IMG/VR virus record: IMGVR_UViG_3300021091_005099
Span: 32,001-96,000 of that record
Length of the DNA stretch: 64,000 nt
Direction: 5' to 3' (one strand)
Source: a virus
Shown: piece after piece, positions 63,580-64,000 of the stretch
How the letters are laid out: every line of letters begins with the position of its first letter
Numbering within the stretch: position 1 is the stretch's first letter
Program-made: the position numbers and the translations under genes
Notes under the pieces: generated by a model
The model's input: only the letters and a program-made list of their open reading frames with translations
The model's database searches: none
What the model was told of the DNA's origin: nothing

Positions 63580-63661
63580 GGTTTTGTATTTATGCATAAA
63601 CGCGACGTCATGATTTATGCTCAGATATCTTTTGTGGTAAAGTGGTAAGTAATTTTGTATA

Positions 63662-64000
63662 ATGTCTCGTAAGCACAGACGTCAAAAACAACAGAATAAC
63701 ATCATCAACTTTATGAACTATCTAGCCGAGAAGAAACAAGCGGCCAGGCCCACCGCCAAGACTCCGGGCCAGCAGGAGTATTTGAACGTGTTAAACAACT
63801 ATCAATACAAGATCGTGGTGGCTCTAGGACCAGCGGGTACGGGCAAGACCATGCTGGCCACAGAGCGCGCTATAGAACGATTGCAAAAGGGCGAAATTGA
63901 CAAAGTGGTTGTCACCCGTCCCGCCAGCTCTGTGGACGAGGAGATCGGTTTCTTGCCCGGTGACATTAACCGCAAGATGGAACCATGGATGAAGCCCATA
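63662..64000 (+). CDS. phoH: PhoH-like ATPase, 3'-truncated (not in the ORF track)
   Basis: Q.EY, GPAGTGKT, VVTRP, IGFLPGD...KMEPW. Confidence 0.9.
   Translation, partial: MSRKHRRQKQQNNIINFMNYLAEKKQAARPTAKTPGQQEYLNVLNNYQYKIVVALGPAGTGKTMLATERAIERLQKGEIDKVVVTRPASSVDEEIGFLPGDINRKMEPWMKPI

Noticed and set aside
1-64000. tRNA, rRNA, CRISPR array, integrase or transposase
   Set aside because: Intergenic gaps are short, and I saw no cloverleaf, repeat-spacer pattern or recombinase motif by eye; a tRNAscan or Infernal run would be decisive
1-64000. Stop-codon reassignment
   Set aside because: Known genes are intact under code 11, and all three stop codons end genes at tight junctions
1-64000. Apparent abundance of GATC and GGCC as a modification-target signal
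   Set aside because: Spot counts of GATC were only slightly above expectation; a Markov-normalised k-mer analysis is needed

Overview
A 64 kb, gene-dense segment of a large T4-like or jumbo dsDNA myophage genome in standard genetic code. No tRNA, rRNA, CRISPR array or mobile element was seen. The host is plausibly a Gram-negative, perhaps alphaproteobacterial, bacterium (inferred from spanins, a zf-CHCC protein, ClpA and leaderless promoters). Layout: (1) 1-17.8 kb, plus strand: tail/virion genes, then an operon of four glycosyltransferase-like genes, five tandem N-terminal-twitch radical SAM enzymes, an SGNH hydrolase, a NodU carbamoyltransferase, a cupin, an NDP-sugar epimerase and a DegT aminotransferase. 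(2) 17.8-24.5 kb, minus strand: a MoxR AAA+/VWA-metallopeptidase pair and RNase H. (3) 24.5-39.2 kb, minus strand: a 7-deazaguanine DNA-modification locus (dpdA, folE, queE, QueD-like/DpdL, yhhQ) interleaved with a GT-B glycosyltransferase, galE, guaC and a purine PRTase, fused to the clamp, methyltransferase and family-B polymerase genes. (4) 41-55 kb: late genes behind TAAATA boxes, many sharing an N-terminal M[KR]IxE[IVF] tag like a capsid-targeting sequence, plus speD, dps, a flavodoxin-like reductase, a GH19 endolysin and a nucleotidyltransferase-HAD fusion. (5) 55-64 kb: clpA, def, dnaJ, holin and spanins, a second DegT and a partial phoH. The best candidates for undescribed systems are the radical SAM/glycan operon, the glycosyltransferase-extended deazaguanine locus and the tagged head-cargo family. 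All calls come from reading motifs by eye; no database search was run.
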